Shown here: positions 62,184 through 64,000 of the stretch, one piece after another
How the letters are laid out: every line of letters begins with the position of its first letter
How positions within the stretch are numbered: the stretch's first letter is position 1
DNA from: Escherichia phage W143
Sequence record: MZ189262.1
Length of the DNA: 64,000 bases
Direction: 5' to 3' (one strand)
Notes under the pieces: generated by a model
What the model was told of the DNA's origin: nothing
Seen by the model: the letters and a program-made list of their open reading frames with translations, nothing else
Databases searched by the model: none
Program-made: the position numbers and the translations under genes

Positions 62184-62741
62184 TTAAATGGAAAGATACC
62201 ATCCGTTGTAGTTGCTTTTTCTTACAACTTTACGAAGGTCTTCTCTATCACCGATGAACTTCGGAGTGTACTGGATGACACCTGGATGAATTTCTTTAGT
62301 GTTGAATATAATTATACAGTCAGCGACTTGGTGATTCAGAATGGGCCCTAGATTTATTCCAGAACCGTATGGATACTCTCCGCTGCATCCGGTTGTTACA
62401 GAAATCCAACGTGAGTCAGTTTGGTGTGTCTTAACTTCTACACGAAGCCCGCAGTATTTTGGATGCGCCAGTACATCCCATGCATATGTATACGGGTCAT
62501 TAACATCCTCTTGGCCTTTGTTAACATACCCGCTCAGCCAATCTGCTACAAAAAATTCTGCGTACACAGCGATACGACATCTTTCAATAACTTCTGCTTT
62601 ATCCTGATTGGGATTTTGTTTTAAAGAGTATCTTGCTGTATCAGCAATTTTGACCTTCATTTCACTAGTCAAGTCATTGTTCGATAGGGTAAATGTCGGA
62701 ATCTGAAATAGTCTCTGTAAACCCGGATTCGTTTTCTGCAT
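62184..62741 (-). CDS. denB: endonuclease IV (DenB)
   Basis: 185-aa ORF of T4 DenB size, adjacent to rIIB as in T4. Confidence 0.8.
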   Translation of the reverse strand: MQKTNPGLQRLFQIPTFTLSNNDLTSEMKVKIADTARYSLKQNPNQDKAEVIERCRIAVYAEFFVADWLSGYVNKGQEDVNDPYTYAWDVLAHPKYCGLRVEVKTHQTDSRWISVTTGCSGEYPYGSGINLGPILNHQVADCIIIFNTKEIHPGVIQYTPKFIGDREDLRKVVRKSNYNGWYLSI

Positions 62742-62827
62742 TAAACTTTCCTTTCACGTCGGAATTACTGATATTCATATAATAAATCATAACTTCCCTT
62801 AAAACAAAAGGGCCGAAGCCCTTTACT

Positions 62828-63022
62828 TTATTTGAATTGTGCAATTCTTTTCTCTAAACAATCTGCGTAAGATTTCATTGAAATAAACTGCGAAAGCAGT
62901 AATTCTTGCTCAACTTCATTAATCGTTAGAAACTTTGTGCTTTCTAAAAATTTGCTCAGTGCATTAATTTTGAGCATTAATTGATCGTATTCTTCTTTTA
63001 CTCGTGCTTGATAACCTAACAT
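62828..63022 (-). CDS. hypothetical protein, 64 aa
   Basis: ORF MLGYQARVKEEYDQLMLKINALSKF...; AAGGAAAA SD; flanked by GC hairpins. Confidence 0.6.
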   Translation of the reverse strand: MLGYQARVKEEYDQLMLKINALSKFLESTKFLTINEVEQELLLSQFISMKSYADCLEKRIAQFK

Positions 63023-63050
63023 AATTTTCCTTAGTTAAGGGCCGAAGCCC

Positions 63051-63989
63051 TTATTTAAATTGTTCAGTAACGTCTTCAACTACTTCGTATTGACAGGTAC
63101 GCATTTTAGCATCATTGTAATCAATCGGAATTGATACTACATCGCGAGGATGTACTTTAACTTTTACAACTCGGCTGGTTGAACTGCCAAAGTGACGAAT
63201 ATAAGATTTAGAACACACATGCAGACCACGAGAACAAGTTTGTGTATCATCGTCATTCACACGAGTACGTGGCATTTTAACTACTTTACCAGGACTGTTA
63301 TCAAAAGTATTTGAATGACAGTCGAAGTAATTGCTGCGAACTACTTTCCAAGCATAGAAGTAACCGTCTTCTGTAATTTCAATATCGTTTGCTACCAAGA
63401 AATCAAAGAGTCGAGATACCGCTTTTTGGCTCGGGTTTTCCAACAGATTTTCCAGGAACGGAAAATAAAATTCAAAGTTTTCGCCTTTTTCCATCGAATC
63501 GAGAATACGATCAACTAAACCAGACCGCAATTCAATGTTTTGATAGAACAAGCTTCCACCTTCAATTCGAACATCACCGGAAATATATTTTTCAACAGCG
63601 CGACGAACGTTAATTTTTTGCGCTGCTTCTTCCAATTTATCTGCAACAAGCAGATTAAGAATTTCCTGGAAGTTTGAATGTGTATTAGGAGTTGCGTTAT
63701 AAGTTACGCCATCAACGGTAATTGAAATGAATTTTTTAGATGCATTCCAAATAATGTCAGATTTAGCAACTGGAGCAATAACTGTATCGCTATTAACTTT
63801 AACTGTAATATCACCGCTAATGGTAACTTTGGAACGCTCAGCTTCTTCAGCATTTTTCAAAACACGACGGATTGTGTCCACCGATACACCTTGCCAATCA
63901 GCCAATTCCTGTTGGGTATAATTACCACTTGAATACAATTTAACAATTTCAGCTTGTTCGTTTTTGGTCAGGCATTTAATATTGTACAT
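63051..63989 (-). CDS. rIIB: rIIB membrane-associated protein
   Basis: 312 aa, MYNIKCLTKNEQAEIVKLYSSGNYTQQELADWQGVSVDTIRRVLKN...; matches T4 rIIB. Confidence 0.95.
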   Translation of the reverse strand: MYNIKCLTKNEQAEIVKLYSSGNYTQQELADWQGVSVDTIRRVLKNAEEAERSKVTISGDITVKVNSDTVIAPVAKSDIIWNASKKFISITVDGVTYNATPNTHSNFQEILNLLVADKLEEAAQKINVRRAVEKYISGDVRIEGGSLFYQNIELRSGLVDRILDSMEKGENFEFYFPFLENLLENPSQKAVSRLFDFLVANDIEITEDGYFYAWKVVRSNYFDCHSNTFDNSPGKVVKMPRTRVNDDDTQTCSRGLHVCSKSYIRHFGSSTSRVVKVKVHPRDVVSIPIDYNDAKMRTCQYEVVEDVTEQFK

Positions 63990-64000
63990 AATTTTCCTTA

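Noticed and set aside
62742-62830. Possible 37-aa ORF (MIYYMNISNSDVKGKF...) overlapping the denB start in another frame
   Set aside because: It overlaps the denB RBS and start region, and has no independent RBS; more likely chance in an AT-rich leader.

Overview
The window is a contiguous ~64-kb stretch of a T4-like (T-even type) myovirus genome, colinear with phage T4 from gene 23 (major capsid, 5'-truncated at the window edge) to rIIB. Order: 23, 24, rnlB, hoc, inh, uvsW, uvsY, baseplate block 25-26-51-27-28-29-48-54, alt, DNA ligase 30, 30.x, rIII, 31, cd, pseT, spanins, alc, rnlA, denA, nrdB, nrdA, td, frd, 32, 59, 33, dsbA, rnh, tail-fibre genes 34-38, t, asiA, arn, motA, 52, ac, stp, ndd, denB, rIIB. 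About 100 CDS are supported; no tRNA, rRNA, CRISPR array, integrase or group I intron was found. Most calls rest on recognising the translated ORFs as T4 proteins from memory; no database search was run, and all comparisons to T4 are recalled, not computed. No clearly novel multi-gene system could be demonstrated from sequence alone. The strongest candidates for follow-up are: (1) an HNH homing-endonuclease gene with a TTG start inserted between uvsW and uvsW.1; (2) two tandem full-length Alt-type ADP-ribosyltransferase genes; (3) an extra ORF between frd and td, which overlap in T4; (4) an opposite-strand early gene between late genes 23 and 24; (5) a perfect 63-bp tandem duplication of the early promoter ahead of motA. 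td and nrdB are intronless, and the inh/uvsW and nrdA/nrdB junctions carry no endonuclease gene.
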